NCBI RefSeq assembly: GCF_018398935.1 | Contig: NZ_CP074694.1 | Coordinates: forward strand, 5,610,001 to 5,642,000 | Direction: 5' to 3' | DNA length: 32,000 bases | Source of the DNA: Telmatocola sphagniphila | Lineage (GTDB): Bacteria; Planctomycetota; Planctomycetia; Gemmatales; Gemmataceae | Shown here: piece after piece, positions 9,858 to 18,359 of the stretch | How positions within the stretch are numbered: the first letter of the stretch is position 1 | Layout of the letters: each line of letters starts with the position of its first letter | Program-made: the position numbers and the translations under genes | Notes under the pieces: model-generated | What the model saw: only the letters and a program-made list of their open reading frames with translations | What the model was told of the DNA's origin: nothing | Databases searched by the model: none

Positions 9858-10274
9858 ATGCGAAATGGCTTACCCGTAGTTCGACGAAGTGTTCGAGAGT
9901 TCCCTGTGAACAACTGGTTCGATGGTTTCTTCAACAACCTGCCCAGCTTCGTGGATCAGGAATCGGTTGCGAAGAACCAGGGAGTTTACATCCAGGAGCA
10001 GGAAAACGACGTATTAGTCTATATCGATGCACCTGGTTTCGAAGGAAAGGATTTCGACATCCAGTTCGGCGAAAACAATCTGAAGGTAGAAGCGGAGCAT
10101 AAACCAGAAGAAGAACTGAAACTGCCATTCGGGCACCGCAAAATGAAACGAGTGATTGAGTTCTCTCTCGATATCGATCACAACAAGCTGGATGCGACTT
10201 ATCGCAGCGGCGTGCTGTGCATCAAGCTGGCGAAGGCCGAGAAGGCTCAATGGCGCAAGGTGGAAGTGAAGTAA
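9858..10274 (+). CDS. Hsp20 / alpha-crystallin family small heat-shock protein
   Basis: 138 aa. LVYIDAPGFEGKDFDIQFGENNLKVEAE...ATYRSGVLCIKLAK is a classical alpha-crystallin domain. An AGGAG RBS lies 9 nt upstream of the ATG. Confidence 0.9.
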   Translation: MRNGLPVVRRSVREFPVNNWFDGFFNNLPSFVDQESVAKNQGVYIQEQENDVLVYIDAPGFEGKDFDIQFGENNLKVEAEHKPEEELKLPFGHRKMKRVIEFSLDIDHNKLDATYRSGVLCIKLAKAEKAQWRKVEVK

Positions 10275-10287
10275 GAGAAGAGCGGTC

Positions 10288-10356
10288 AGCGGTCAGCTTT
10301 CAGCGGTCAGTGAAAAACAGAGAGGGGACAGGTATTGCTCAGGGTGCCTGTCCCCG
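10288..10356 (+). repeat. left arm of an inverted intergenic module: 19-nt core plus GC hairpin, immediately after the hsp20 stop
   Basis: CAGCGGTCAGCTTTCAGCG (10288-10306) is followed by the hairpin GGGGACAGG-N14-CCTGTCCCC (10325-10356). The same module occurs inverted at 10588-10643. Confidence 0.7.
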
Positions 10357-10435
10357 ACCCACTTTCTATGCGATAGCGAGCTTGATTATTAACGCATCTC
10401 CACAAAGCTTCCGATGGGTCGCTAAATTTGTTTTT

Positions 10436-10540
10436 TTAACGACGCATCGTCAGATGCGTGCATTGGAATTGATTCGAAGTAAAAAACCCGAGCCACTTCG
10501 TTTATTAGCGACGCATCGTTAGATGCGTTCTTGGGAATTT
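10436..10540 (+). repeat. two direct copies of a roughly 35-nt unit, each with the hairpin ACGCATC-GTYA-GATGCGT, 69 nt apart
   Basis: The hairpins are at 10443-10460 and 10512-10529. Each is followed by TTGG(G)AATT. A degenerate third copy (ACGCATC...GATGGGT) lies at 10393-10419. Confidence 0.6.
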
Positions 10541-10587
10541 AATCAATAGGGAACATTAAAGGAAGACAGTAGACCTCGGAAGGGTCG

Positions 10588-10643
10588 GGGACAATCCCAA
10601 AAGCAGAGCCCGTCCCCTCTATTCGCTGAAAGCTGACCGCTGA
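10588..10643 (-). repeat. right arm of the inverted intergenic module, immediately after the DUF1501 stop on the minus strand
   Basis: CGCTGAAAGCTGACCGCTG (10625-10643) is the exact reverse complement of the 19-nt core at 10288-10306. The hairpin GGGGAC...GTCCCC lies at 10588-10618. GTCCCCGACCC is shared with the left arm. Confidence 0.7.
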
Positions 10644-10673
10644 AAGCTAAAAGCTCTCAGCTCCCCACCCCAC

Positions 10674-12137
10674 CTACGCCAAAATTTCCTTAATCACCTT
10701 GCACGGTTCCACGCCCGTCAACTTCTGATCCAGACCCATGAACTTATAGGTAAACTTGTTATGGTCGAACCCTAACAGGTGCAGCACCGTCGCATGAAAA
10801 TCGTGCACGCTCACGGGGTTCTTGATGATGTTATAGCTGAAATCATCCGTTTCCCCGTAGGCCATGCCCGGCTTGATGCCGCCGCCGGCCATCCACATCG
10901 TGAAGCAGCGGGGGTGATGGTCGCGGCCGTAGTTGGTGCGCTCCAGCCGGCCCTGCGTGTAGACCGTGCGGCCGAATTCCCCGCCCCAAATCACCAGTGT
11001 CGAATCAAGCATGCCCTTTTGTTTCAAATCCTGAATCAGACCCCAGCAGGGTTGATCGACATCCTTGCACTGATCCGGCATGCGCTTGGCCATGTTGCCG
11101 TGGTGATCCCAGTTGTTGTGGTAGATCTGCACGAAACGAGTGCCCCGTTCCACCAACCGGCGAGCCATCAGCACGCTGTTGGCGAAAGTGCCCGGCTTCT
11201 TGGCTTCATCGCCATACATGTCGAGAGTTTTCTGATTCTCCTTCGACAGATCGGTCAATTCCGGCACACTGGTCTGCATGCGGTAAGCCATTTCATATTG
11301 CTGAATTCGCGTGCGGGTTTCCGGATCGCCGACTTCCTCAAAGGTCATCTGATTCAGCTTGTTCAGGCCATCCAGCATCTTCCGGCGAGTTTCACCGGAG
11401 ACACCGTCGGGATTGTTGATGAACAGAATGGGATCGCCCTTGGCCCGGAAAGAAACCGCGGCATGTTCGCCGGGCAGATAACCCGACTGCCACAACCGGG
11501 CGCTGATCGCCTGCACCTGCTCCTGATTGCGCGGCACGGCCACCATCACCGCAAAGGTCGGCAGATTCTGATTCAAAGAGCCCAAGCCATAGCTGACCCA
11601 GGCCCCGAGGCAGGGACGGCCCGTCACCTGATTGCCAGTCTGCATGTAGGTAATGGCCGGCTCGTGATTGATCGCTTCCGTGAACATCGATCGAACGAAG
11701 CAAACATCCCCGGCCATCTTGGCTATGTTGGGAATCATCTCCGAAAGCCACATACCGGAGGGGCCGTACTGCTTGAACTTGTACATCGTCGGACAAAGCG
11801 GAAATCGCGATTGTCCGCTGGTCATCGTGGTCAGACGCTGGCCGTTGCGGACCGATTCGGGAAGATCCTTATCGTAAAGGTCGTGAAGTTTCGGCTTCCA
11901 GTCGAAGAGATCGAGTTGGGAAGGTCCGCCGACCATGTGCAGATAGATGATATTCTTGATCTTGGCCGGGAAGTGCGTTTCCGGCACGGCCGCCCCGATC
12001 CCGGTTTTAGTTCCGGTAGCCCGGGCCGTTTCCTGACCCAGCAAGGCGGCCAGAGCAGCGCCGCCGAGCAGGTGCGTGCCCCGCCCAAAGAAGTGCCGGC
12101 GGGTCAGATTCAGACCAAGATTCTGGAGAGAGTTCAT
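10674..12137 (-). CDS. DUF1501 domain-containing protein (sulfatase-fold, Tat signal)
   Basis: Twin-arginine signal LTRRHFFGRGTHLLGGAALAALLG. The conserved DUF1501 C-terminus is GGEFGRT...GRDHHPRCFTMWMAGGGIKPG. The gene lies directly downstream of a DUF1549/DUF1553 gene, which is the canonical pairing. I prefer ATG 12137 over the tracked TTG 12155. Confidence 0.9.
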   Translation of the reverse strand: MNSLQNLGLNLTRRHFFGRGTHLLGGAALAALLGQETARATGTKTGIGAAVPETHFPAKIKNIIYLHMVGGPSQLDLFDWKPKLHDLYDKDLPESVRNGQRLTTMTSGQSRFPLCPTMYKFKQYGPSGMWLSEMIPNIAKMAGDVCFVRSMFTEAINHEPAITYMQTGNQVTGRPCLGAWVSYGLGSLNQNLPTFAVMVAVPRNQEQVQAISARLWQSGYLPGEHAAVSFRAKGDPILFINNPDGVSGETRRKMLDGLNKLNQMTFEEVGDPETRTRIQQYEMAYRMQTSVPELTDLSKENQKTLDMYGDEAKKPGTFANSVLMARRLVERGTRFVQIYHNNWDHHGNMAKRMPDQCKDVDQPCWGLIQDLKQKGMLDSTLVIWGGEFGRTVYTQGRLERTNYGRDHHPRCFTMWMAGGGIKPGMAYGETDDFSYNIIKNPVSVHDFHATVLHLLGFDHNKFTYKFMGLDQKLTGVEPCKVIKEILA

Positions 12138-12238
12138 CGGTTTCTCTTTTCGCAAATAGAGTTCGCTTCTTTAATCGAAGCGAACTTTTATCGAAATAAA
12201 TCCGCCATCCGCCGCGTTCGCGGCCATGCAATTATCTC

Positions 12239-15200
12239 TTACTTGTTCAAAGCCTCGTCGAGGTTCAGAACTTCGTTCACCAGCATCGTCCAGGCGGCCA
12301 ACTGCTTGGCATCCACCTTCGGATCGGCCTTCGATTCGCCCACGGCAATCAGCTTCTTGGCCTGATCCGGCTTGCTGTTGTATTCCGTGTGAAGATCCTT
12401 CAAGCCAGCTGTGAGAATCGCCATTTCGGCCGGTTTGAAAGGCCGAGACAGCACGATTTCACCGAGCAGTTGAATTCGCTCTTCGTCGGTCTTGGCCGGA
12501 GATTTCAGAAGCTTCTCGGCCAGGTTACGATCGGCTTCGACGAACTGGATGTCGTTCATCGTTAACAGCGCCTGAATCGGGGTGTTCGTCCGTTCGCGGC
12601 GGACGGCACAGGTCTCCCGGTTCGGGGCGTTCAGAATTTCCATCGCGGCGGGTGGAGCGGCCCGCTTCCAGAGGGTATACATGCTCCGGCGATAGAGATT
12701 CGCGCCAGTATCGCGGCGATAGTCGCGGGTGTTACTGCCGATCATGGCCACCGCTTCCCAGACCCCATCGGGCTGGTAGGGTTTCACACTCGGTCCGCCA
12801 ATTTTCTTCGTTAACAGGCTGCTGGTGGCCAGGGCGTAATCGCGAATCATCTCGGCATCCATTCGGAAGCGCGGGCCGCGCGACAGCCATTTATTCGAAG
12901 GATCGGCATCCAGCTTCTCTTTGGGAGTTACAGCCGATTGACGGTAGGTAGACGACATGAAGATCATCTTGAAGAATTTCTTGATGTCCCAACCTTGCTC
13001 GCGGAACTCGATGGCTAACCAGTCGAGTAACTCCGGATGCGTGGGAAGTTCGCCGGTAATCCCAAAATCGCCGCTGCTCCGAACCAGACCGTTACCGAAT
13101 ACTTCCTGCCAGTAGCGGTTCACCGTGACTCGAGTGGTCAACGGATGCTCCGGCTTCAGCAGCCACTCGGCAAAGCCGAGTCGGTTTCGAGGCAGACTTT
13201 TATCCATCGGCGGCAGTGATTTAGGCACGTCGGCCTTCACTTTATCCTTGCGCTGATCGTACTCCCCACGATTGAGAATGTAGGCGATCGGTTCGCCGTC
13301 CCGTTCATTCATGATGTGGGTGATGGTGCCGCGGGATTTGATGCGGACTTCCTCTTCCTGCAGTGCAGTCGAATCGCTGATTAGCTTCTGGTAGGGCTTG
13401 TCCTGCGCGGCCAACCAGGCTTCGAACAGCTCATTGTTTTCTTGCGGAGTTCGCTTTTCTTTCTTCAGCAGATCGGCACATCGCAGGCTCTTGGATAGCC
13501 GTTCGACTTCTGCCACATCCAGTCTACGGTCGTAAAGACGGACATCGCCGATGGCGATCTTGTCGTTTCGATTGTTGTCGCCGCGTGCACCAATCTGGAA
13601 GGGAACTTTCGTGCGGGTGGTCGAATCGGGTTTCAAATTGTTACTGAGGATATCCACCGCTTGAGCATTGCCATCCACAAAGATGCGAACACCTTCGCCT
13701 TTGGCACTGCCATCAAAAGTGATAACGACTTGCTGCCACTGGTTCAATTTCAAAGGAGTCTTGCTGACCACCTTCACGGCATTATCCGGCCAGTTACTGA
13801 TGAAGTGGGTACCCACCCGATCATTTTCCATCCAGAGATCCCATCCCCGATGGGCCGGAGGTAGATCCATTTTTGCGATAACTGCGCCTGTAACTCCGCG
13901 AGCATGTGGCTTGACCCAAACGCTGACAGTAAAGGGTTGCTTGGTGTCGAAATCGCCCACGCTTTCATGGATGTTCAGCGTTCCGCCCGCTTTCACCTGA
14001 AAGGCTTTTTCGGAGAAGCGTCCCTTATCGCCCCAGGCAAAGCCGGTTTCCGCCGTGATGAATTCTTCCTTGCCATCTTTCTTGTACGCCAGTTTCTTTC
14101 CCTGGCTTTCATTGAGCGGCATTTCGAATTTCAGGCCATTCTTCGGTTCCCAGTTGGCTACCGTGGCCGGGGTTGCGGTTTTGACCCACTCATCGAAATC
14201 TTTGTGAGCCGTTTTCTTGCGCTCGGCGATCTGAGCCCGAACCACATTCATCTGCTTGGTTACCGTTTCCCATTTGGCTCGATCTTCTGGCATCGGAACA
14301 TTAATGATTGGCGGTGTATCCTTAATGTTGCCGTCCATCGCGGCCTGAGTGGTGTTGTTGAAAAATGCGGCCATCGAGTAGAAATCCCGCATCGTCAGCG
14401 GATCGAACTTGTGATCGTGGCACACCGCGCAACCGGCGGTCAGTCCCATCCAAACTTGGCTGACCGTCTCCGTGCGGTCGCGGTTATAGAGGACCAGGTA
14501 TTCTTCGTTGATCGCCCCACCTTCATTGGTGGTGATGTTGCAGCGATTGAAACCCGTCGCCACTTTCTGGTCGAGAGTCGGGTTATTCAGCAAATCCCCG
14601 GCCAGCTGTTCGATGGTGAATTCATCGAACTTCATGTTCTGATTGAAGGCGTTAATCACCCAGTCGCGGTAGGCCCACATTTCCCGATAGTTGTCGAAGT
14701 GGATGCCGTGAGTGTCGCCATACCGGGCGGCGTCCAGCCAGTAACGAGCCCGATGCTCTCCCCAGTTGGGGCTGGCCATGAACTTGTCGACGACTTTTTC
14801 GTACCAGTTCGGCGATTTGTCATTCACGGCCGCTTCCACATCCTTGGGATCGGGCGGCAGGCCGGTGGTATCCAGAGATAAGCGTCGAATCAGAGCCCGG
14901 CGTTCCGCTTCGGGGGCCGGCGTAATCTTCCGCTTTTCCAGTTCGGCCAGAATGAAATTATCGATCGGGTTGGTCACCCACTTTTGATTGGCCACCGTTG
15001 GAATGGCCGGTTTCTTCGGCGGGATGAATGACCAGTGGGCCTGATATTCCGCGCCCTGATCGATCCACTGTTTCAAAGTCGCCAGTTGGGCCGGGGTGAT
15101 ATTCTTATTCGTCTCCGGCGGCGGCATCTTCTCGGTATCGTCTTTGGACAGGATGCGAACGATCAGTTCGCTTTCGACGCTTTTCCCGGGGATGATGGCT

Positions 15201-15400
15201 TTCTTGGCCAAAGCCCCTTCGCGCTGATCGATGCGAAGTCCCGCTTTTCGGGAAGCACTATCCGGCCCGTGACAGGGAAAGCAGTTCTCCGCGAGTATCG
15301 GACGGATGTCCCGGTTGTATTCCAGCTTGGTGGGAGATTCCGCATGAACGGCGATTGCACTGGCAAACAACCCGAGGAGAGCGGATTGGAATCGCAACAT
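12239..15400 (-). CDS. PSCyt1/PSCyt2/PSD1 protein (planctomycete cytochrome c domain + DUF1549 + DUF1553) with a central LamG-like insert
   Basis: Signal peptide. A heme motif CFPCHG sits in NRDIRPILAENCFPCHGPD. The DUF1549-type motif is DAARYGDTHGIHFDNYREMWAYRDW, followed by CAVCHDHKFDP. The DUF1553-type C-terminus is NAPNRETCAVRRERTNTPIQALLTMND. The middle segment (about aa 470-640) looks like a concanavalin/LamG fold. Confidence 0.9.
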   Translation of the reverse strand: MLRFQSALLGLFASAIAVHAESPTKLEYNRDIRPILAENCFPCHGPDSASRKAGLRIDQREGALAKKAIIPGKSVESELIVRILSKDDTEKMPPPETNKNITPAQLATLKQWIDQGAEYQAHWSFIPPKKPAIPTVANQKWVTNPIDNFILAELEKRKITPAPEAERRALIRRLSLDTTGLPPDPKDVEAAVNDKSPNWYEKVVDKFMASPNWGEHRARYWLDAARYGDTHGIHFDNYREMWAYRDWVINAFNQNMKFDEFTIEQLAGDLLNNPTLDQKVATGFNRCNITTNEGGAINEEYLVLYNRDRTETVSQVWMGLTAGCAVCHDHKFDPLTMRDFYSMAAFFNNTTQAAMDGNIKDTPPIINVPMPEDRAKWETVTKQMNVVRAQIAERKKTAHKDFDEWVKTATPATVANWEPKNGLKFEMPLNESQGKKLAYKKDGKEEFITAETGFAWGDKGRFSEKAFQVKAGGTLNIHESVGDFDTKQPFTVSVWVKPHARGVTGAVIAKMDLPPAHRGWDLWMENDRVGTHFISNWPDNAVKVVSKTPLKLNQWQQVVITFDGSAKGEGVRIFVDGNAQAVDILSNNLKPDSTTRTKVPFQIGARGDNNRNDKIAIGDVRLYDRRLDVAEVERLSKSLRCADLLKKEKRTPQENNELFEAWLAAQDKPYQKLISDSTALQEEEVRIKSRGTITHIMNERDGEPIAYILNRGEYDQRKDKVKADVPKSLPPMDKSLPRNRLGFAEWLLKPEHPLTTRVTVNRYWQEVFGNGLVRSSGDFGITGELPTHPELLDWLAIEFREQGWDIKKFFKMIFMSSTYRQSAVTPKEKLDADPSNKWLSRGPRFRMDAEMIRDYALATSSLLTKKIGGPSVKPYQPDGVWEAVAMIGSNTRDYRRDTGANLYRRSMYTLWKRAAPPAAMEILNAPNRETCAVRRERTNTPIQALLTMNDIQFVEADRNLAEKLLKSPAKTDEERIQLLGEIVLSRPFKPAEMAILTAGLKDLHTEYNSKPDQAKKLIAVGESKADPKVDAKQLAAWTMLVNEVLNLDEALNK

Positions 15401-15440
15401 TGTGGGATCCTTTAATATCGGAGAAGGGCGATTTTCTTCC

Positions 15441-15466
15441 GGCAGGTCGGTAGGTAGGTACCTGCC
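15441..15466 (-). other. hairpin GGCAGGT-N12-ACCTGCC between the lipoprotein gene and the DUF1553 gene (terminator or 5'-leader structure)
   Basis: 7-bp perfect stem, 100 nt downstream of the lipoprotein stop and 40 nt upstream of the DUF1553 start. There is no U-tract. Confidence 0.3.
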
Positions 15467-15565
15467 TCACACTATCTAATATACCCGCAGACGGTCGTAA
15501 GAACAAACCCGAATTTGTGCGGAAGCAGGAATTGGAAAGTGAAAATTCGACGGACTTAGGCGGCG

Positions 15566-16456
15566 CTACTCGGTCGGTTTTTTGCGAATGCCGGGGGTGG
15601 CCAAAACCGTAGTCCGCAGATTCTGATTCTCGCTGGGCGTAAGATTGGACGTCAGAGCCAGCTCCGCAGCCAGTTTCAGAGCTTTATTCGACGGTTCCTG
15701 CTGTCCCAGTTGCGTCCAGCACAAGTAGAGGTACCAGGCCGGGCGGGCTTCGGTCGGACTCAACTTCTGAGCCAGCTTGAACTCTGCCGTCGCCTTCAAA
15801 AATAATTTCTCGGAAAGGTGCTCATCGGCATCTGAGACCGACTTGGCACTTTTCTTCGCCAATAAATAAAGCCCGATCCCCCGATGCAGATGCTCGGCAT
15901 AGCCTTCGTTCATTTCGTCGGCCATTTCCATCAGACGGGTGTGGCAGTGAATCAGGTGTTCGTGTGCCGGTCCGGAGGCCTCTTGGGCATCCGCCGTGAA
16001 GCGGTCGAATTGCCAGTACGCCTCATCAAACTGCTTCATTTTGTAGAGCATCTCGGCGAGGTAGGCCCGAATCATAATCTGATCGGGATTAGCCGCGATA
16101 TGCTGTCGGAGGTGCTCGGCCGCTTCCTTGGGGGCCTGCTTTTCCATGCACTCCGCGGCCTTCATGAGGTGATCGACTCTCTCAGCGCTCGCGGCTTCGG
16201 GCAACTTGGTTTCGGGCTTCTTAACCAGCACGGTCGGCGCGGCGGCCACCAGTTTTTCCGGTTCCGCGGGCTTGGCCGGGCGCTCGATTTCGACCGGGGG
16301 CGAGACATTATTCAAAGTGGCGACCGGAGGAGCTGCCGTTTCCGTACTAGGGATAGCAGGAGTTTCGACCCCCGCCGGGCTGGGCGTAGAGCTGTTGCGA
16401 GTACTTTGGCAACCCATGACCACAGCGAGAACTATGAGTAGGCTGAGATACCGCAT
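15566..16456 (-). CDS. lipoprotein with Pro/Ala-rich linker and TPR-like helical C-terminal domain
   Basis: I prefer internal ATG 16456, giving MRYLSLLIVLAVVMGCQSTR, which is a signal peptide plus a lipobox Cys. The tracked start at 16639 adds 61 aa of implausible sequence. The C-terminal half is helical and repeat-like (AYWQFDRF..., IGLYLLAKK...). The family is not recognised. Confidence 0.6.
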   Translation of the reverse strand: MRYLSLLIVLAVVMGCQSTRNSSTPSPAGVETPAIPSTETAAPPVATLNNVSPPVEIERPAKPAEPEKLVAAAPTVLVKKPETKLPEAASAERVDHLMKAAECMEKQAPKEAAEHLRQHIAANPDQIMIRAYLAEMLYKMKQFDEAYWQFDRFTADAQEASGPAHEHLIHCHTRLMEMADEMNEGYAEHLHRGIGLYLLAKKSAKSVSDADEHLSEKLFLKATAEFKLAQKLSPTEARPAWYLYLCWTQLGQQEPSNKALKLAAELALTSNLTPSENQNLRTTVLATPGIRKKPTE

Positions 16457-16609
16457 GAAAAGCCTTCCGACTGAGAATGCCGATAAAATCGGCTGTGCCG
16501 GAAAGTATCGAAAAATGGGTAATATCGAAATTAGCGAATGCTGGGGAAGCTTGGCAAAGTGAATGATAATATAGGTAATTTGATAGGGTAATGCGGATAG
16601 TGAGGGCTC

Positions 16610-17284
16610 ATGGAAAACCTGACTCCGAAGAAGACGCACTTACCGCCGCCGAATGGGGCTTCCCCTCCCAAGGCCAGCGCCCATCGGCTCAGTCTGTATT
16701 TACGTTGTCTGGAGCCGTTGCAGGTAGCGAAGCAGGAAACCATTTCGAGCAAGCGAATGGCGGAAATGCTGGGGATTCGGGATGCCCAGGTTCGACGTGA
16801 TTTGACCTACATCGGCAGTCTGGGTCAGCGGGGGATCGGCTATTCAATTCCTAGTCTGATCGCGGCCATTCGCAGTGCGCTGGGACTCAACCGAAACTGG
16901 CCGACTATACTGGTGGGGGTGGGGAATCTGGCTCGGGCGTTGATCCGCTACCAGAATTTCCGCGAACATGGCTTCGAGATCTTGGCTCTGTTTGATTGTG
17001 ACGCCGGGAAGATCGGCACGCCGATTGAAGGCATGACAATCCAGTCGATTGGCGACCTGAGGAGTACTCTCAAGAAGGTACACGCCGAGTTGGCTTTGTT
17101 GACGGTGCCAGCCGAGGCCGCGCAGTCGACGGCGGAGTTGCTGGCGGAGGCAGGGATTCGGGGAATTTTGAATTTTGCTCCGGCGGTGTTGAGGTTGCCA
17201 AAATCGGTCCGGATCGTTAACATTGATCTTGCGATGCAATTGGAGCAATTGGCATTTAGCGTGCAGTCCGCGGCTCTGGTCTGA
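16610..17284 (+). CDS. rex: redox-sensing transcriptional repressor Rex
   Basis: The winged-helix N-terminus is RLSLYLRCLE...ISSKRMAEMLGIRDAQVRRDLTYIGSLGQRGIGY. The Rossmann NADH domain has LVGVGNLARAL and ends in GILNFAP, which matches Rex. Confidence 0.9.
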   Translation: MENLTPKKTHLPPPNGASPPKASAHRLSLYLRCLEPLQVAKQETISSKRMAEMLGIRDAQVRRDLTYIGSLGQRGIGYSIPSLIAAIRSALGLNRNWPTILVGVGNLARALIRYQNFREHGFEILALFDCDAGKIGTPIEGMTIQSIGDLRSTLKKVHAELALLTVPAEAAQSTAELLAEAGIRGILNFAPAVLRLPKSVRIVNIDLAMQLEQLAFSVQSAALV

Positions 17285-17294
17285 TCGCCTTTTT

Positions 17295-17365
17295 TACCCG
17301 ATAGTGTAACGGTAGCACAAGGGATTTTGGTTCCCTTTGTCTAGGTTCGAATCCTAGTCGGGTAG
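17295..17365 (+). tRNA. tRNA-Gln (anticodon UUG)
   Basis: Manual cloverleaf. The acceptor TACCCGA pairs with TCGGGTA. The D arm is GTGT/GCAC. The anticodon stem AGGGA/TCCCT carries the loop TTTTGGT, giving anticodon TTG. The T arm is CTAGG-TTCGAAT-CCTAG. The U1:A72 pair and G73 discriminator are typical of bacterial tRNA-Gln. CCA is not encoded, and a T7 run follows. Confidence 0.9.
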
Positions 17366-17707
17366 TTCACTTTTTTTGACGCCTCAAAAAATCCATAAGT
17401 AGTTATCGGATAAGCACTTACGAAAAACACCCTTCGTGCTTGTTTCGTCGCCAAACGCCATTTTGGGTGCAAATTGGGTGCAGCATCGCTCCCGCGTGGG
17501 GCTCGCGTCGCTGGACCTATCCCTCACAATTTGTGGGGAGGATTTCTTGATGGAGGTTTCCTCATGGAGGGCACGTTACGAACAATCTTATTACGGAACC
17601 TGTAACTTCTGAACTCCGAGCGCATCCAAATACTAGCCGTGAGACGGACTGGGGCTATGTCTCGCGAGCAACTCTCACACGAGTACTTTTGAAGCGAGTG
17701 AAGATTC

Positions 17708-18256
17708 ATGGACCAGGGAAAAACAGAATCCAGAAAGGACACCGCAACCGATTTGTGTCCCCTCGATTGTCCGATTCATAAAACTCGGAGACCCGCCTGG
17801 ATCGCCATCGGCTGGTTGACGGCGGCGGTTTCCTCACTCTATATCTCCGACATCCCCTACGATTTCGGCGAAGAATTATGTGGAGTCTGGGGTTGTTTTC
17901 CCCCTCTCCAGTCGCTGATCGCCATGCATGCTTTCTGGCTGATCGCACTCCTGGCATTGGTGTGGGTTGTCCATTTCCGTAGTTCGCGATTTCTAAGACC
18001 CTTGGCCGCCGCATTCCTGGCCGTTGGCTGCTTTGGAGCTTTCGGATTAGCGGGTAAAGATTTAATCCGATGGTGCCAATCTGTTTCCGTCGAAGATCAA
18101 CAGTACTGGCCGAAGCGAGTGGGCTATATCCTGGCCACTTCCACGGATCTCCCATTTGTGGAACTCGCAATTTCCGGTCTAATTGGCTTGCGGGTTGGAT
18201 CTCAACTAGGCTCCGGCGAATCCGGCGGTTGCAAAAACGAATCCGAAGCTTCTTAG
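17708..18256 (+). CDS. hypothetical integral membrane protein (about 4 TM helices)
   Basis: 182-aa ORF with clear hydrophobic helices (WIAIGWLTAAVSSLYI, AFWLIALLALVWVV, LAAAFLAVGCFGAFGLAG, FVELAISGLIGL). The overlapping antisense ORF (17706-18281) is Arg-rich low complexity. No family is recognised. Confidence 0.5.
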   Translation: MDQGKTESRKDTATDLCPLDCPIHKTRRPAWIAIGWLTAAVSSLYISDIPYDFGEELCGVWGCFPPLQSLIAMHAFWLIALLALVWVVHFRSSRFLRPLAAAFLAVGCFGAFGLAGKDLIRWCQSVSVEDQQYWPKRVGYILATSTDLPFVELAISGLIGLRVGSQLGSGESGGCKNESEAS

Positions 18257-18359
18257 TAGCCATTAGCCACGCGACTAACAATTTCGCCCAAAACCGGAAT
18301 TTCGTGTAATCCTTACGCTCGAGTTCCGACTAATCCGATCTAGCGGCTCACAAAAACGG

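Noticed and set aside
10436-10540. Possible CRISPR array or other spaced-repeat locus (hairpin repeats spaced 69 nt apart).
   Set aside because: There are only two good copies plus one degenerate copy. The repeats are short hairpins, and no cas genes are in the window. The locus lies between convergent gene ends, so it is better explained as a REP/terminator-like element.
10779-12365. Long antisense ORFs opposite confidently assigned genes. Examples are 10779-12365 (+, 528 aa), 3828-5123 (-, 431 aa), 846-1673 (-), 13904-14881 (+), 20083-21111 (-), 20331-21347 (+), 22878-23636 (+), 30984-31928 (+) and 30015-30680 (-).
   Set aside because: Their translations are Arg/Gly/His/Pro-rich low complexity with no recognisable motifs. 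Each one shadows a gene with strong family signatures on the other strand or in another frame. This is a typical artefact of GC-biased codon usage.
17458-17610. Possible integrase gene relic or small ORFs between tRNA-Gln and the first island gene.
   Set aside because: No frame yields integrase-like motifs such as R...HxxR...Y. Only short ORFs (<60 aa) with no recognisable similarity are present. I retain only the GGGTGCA tandem as a note under the island finding.
17706-18281. Minus-strand 191-aa ORF overlapping the membrane-protein gene.
   Set aside because: It is Arg/Pro-rich low complexity, whereas the plus-strand frame encodes four clean hydrophobic helices.
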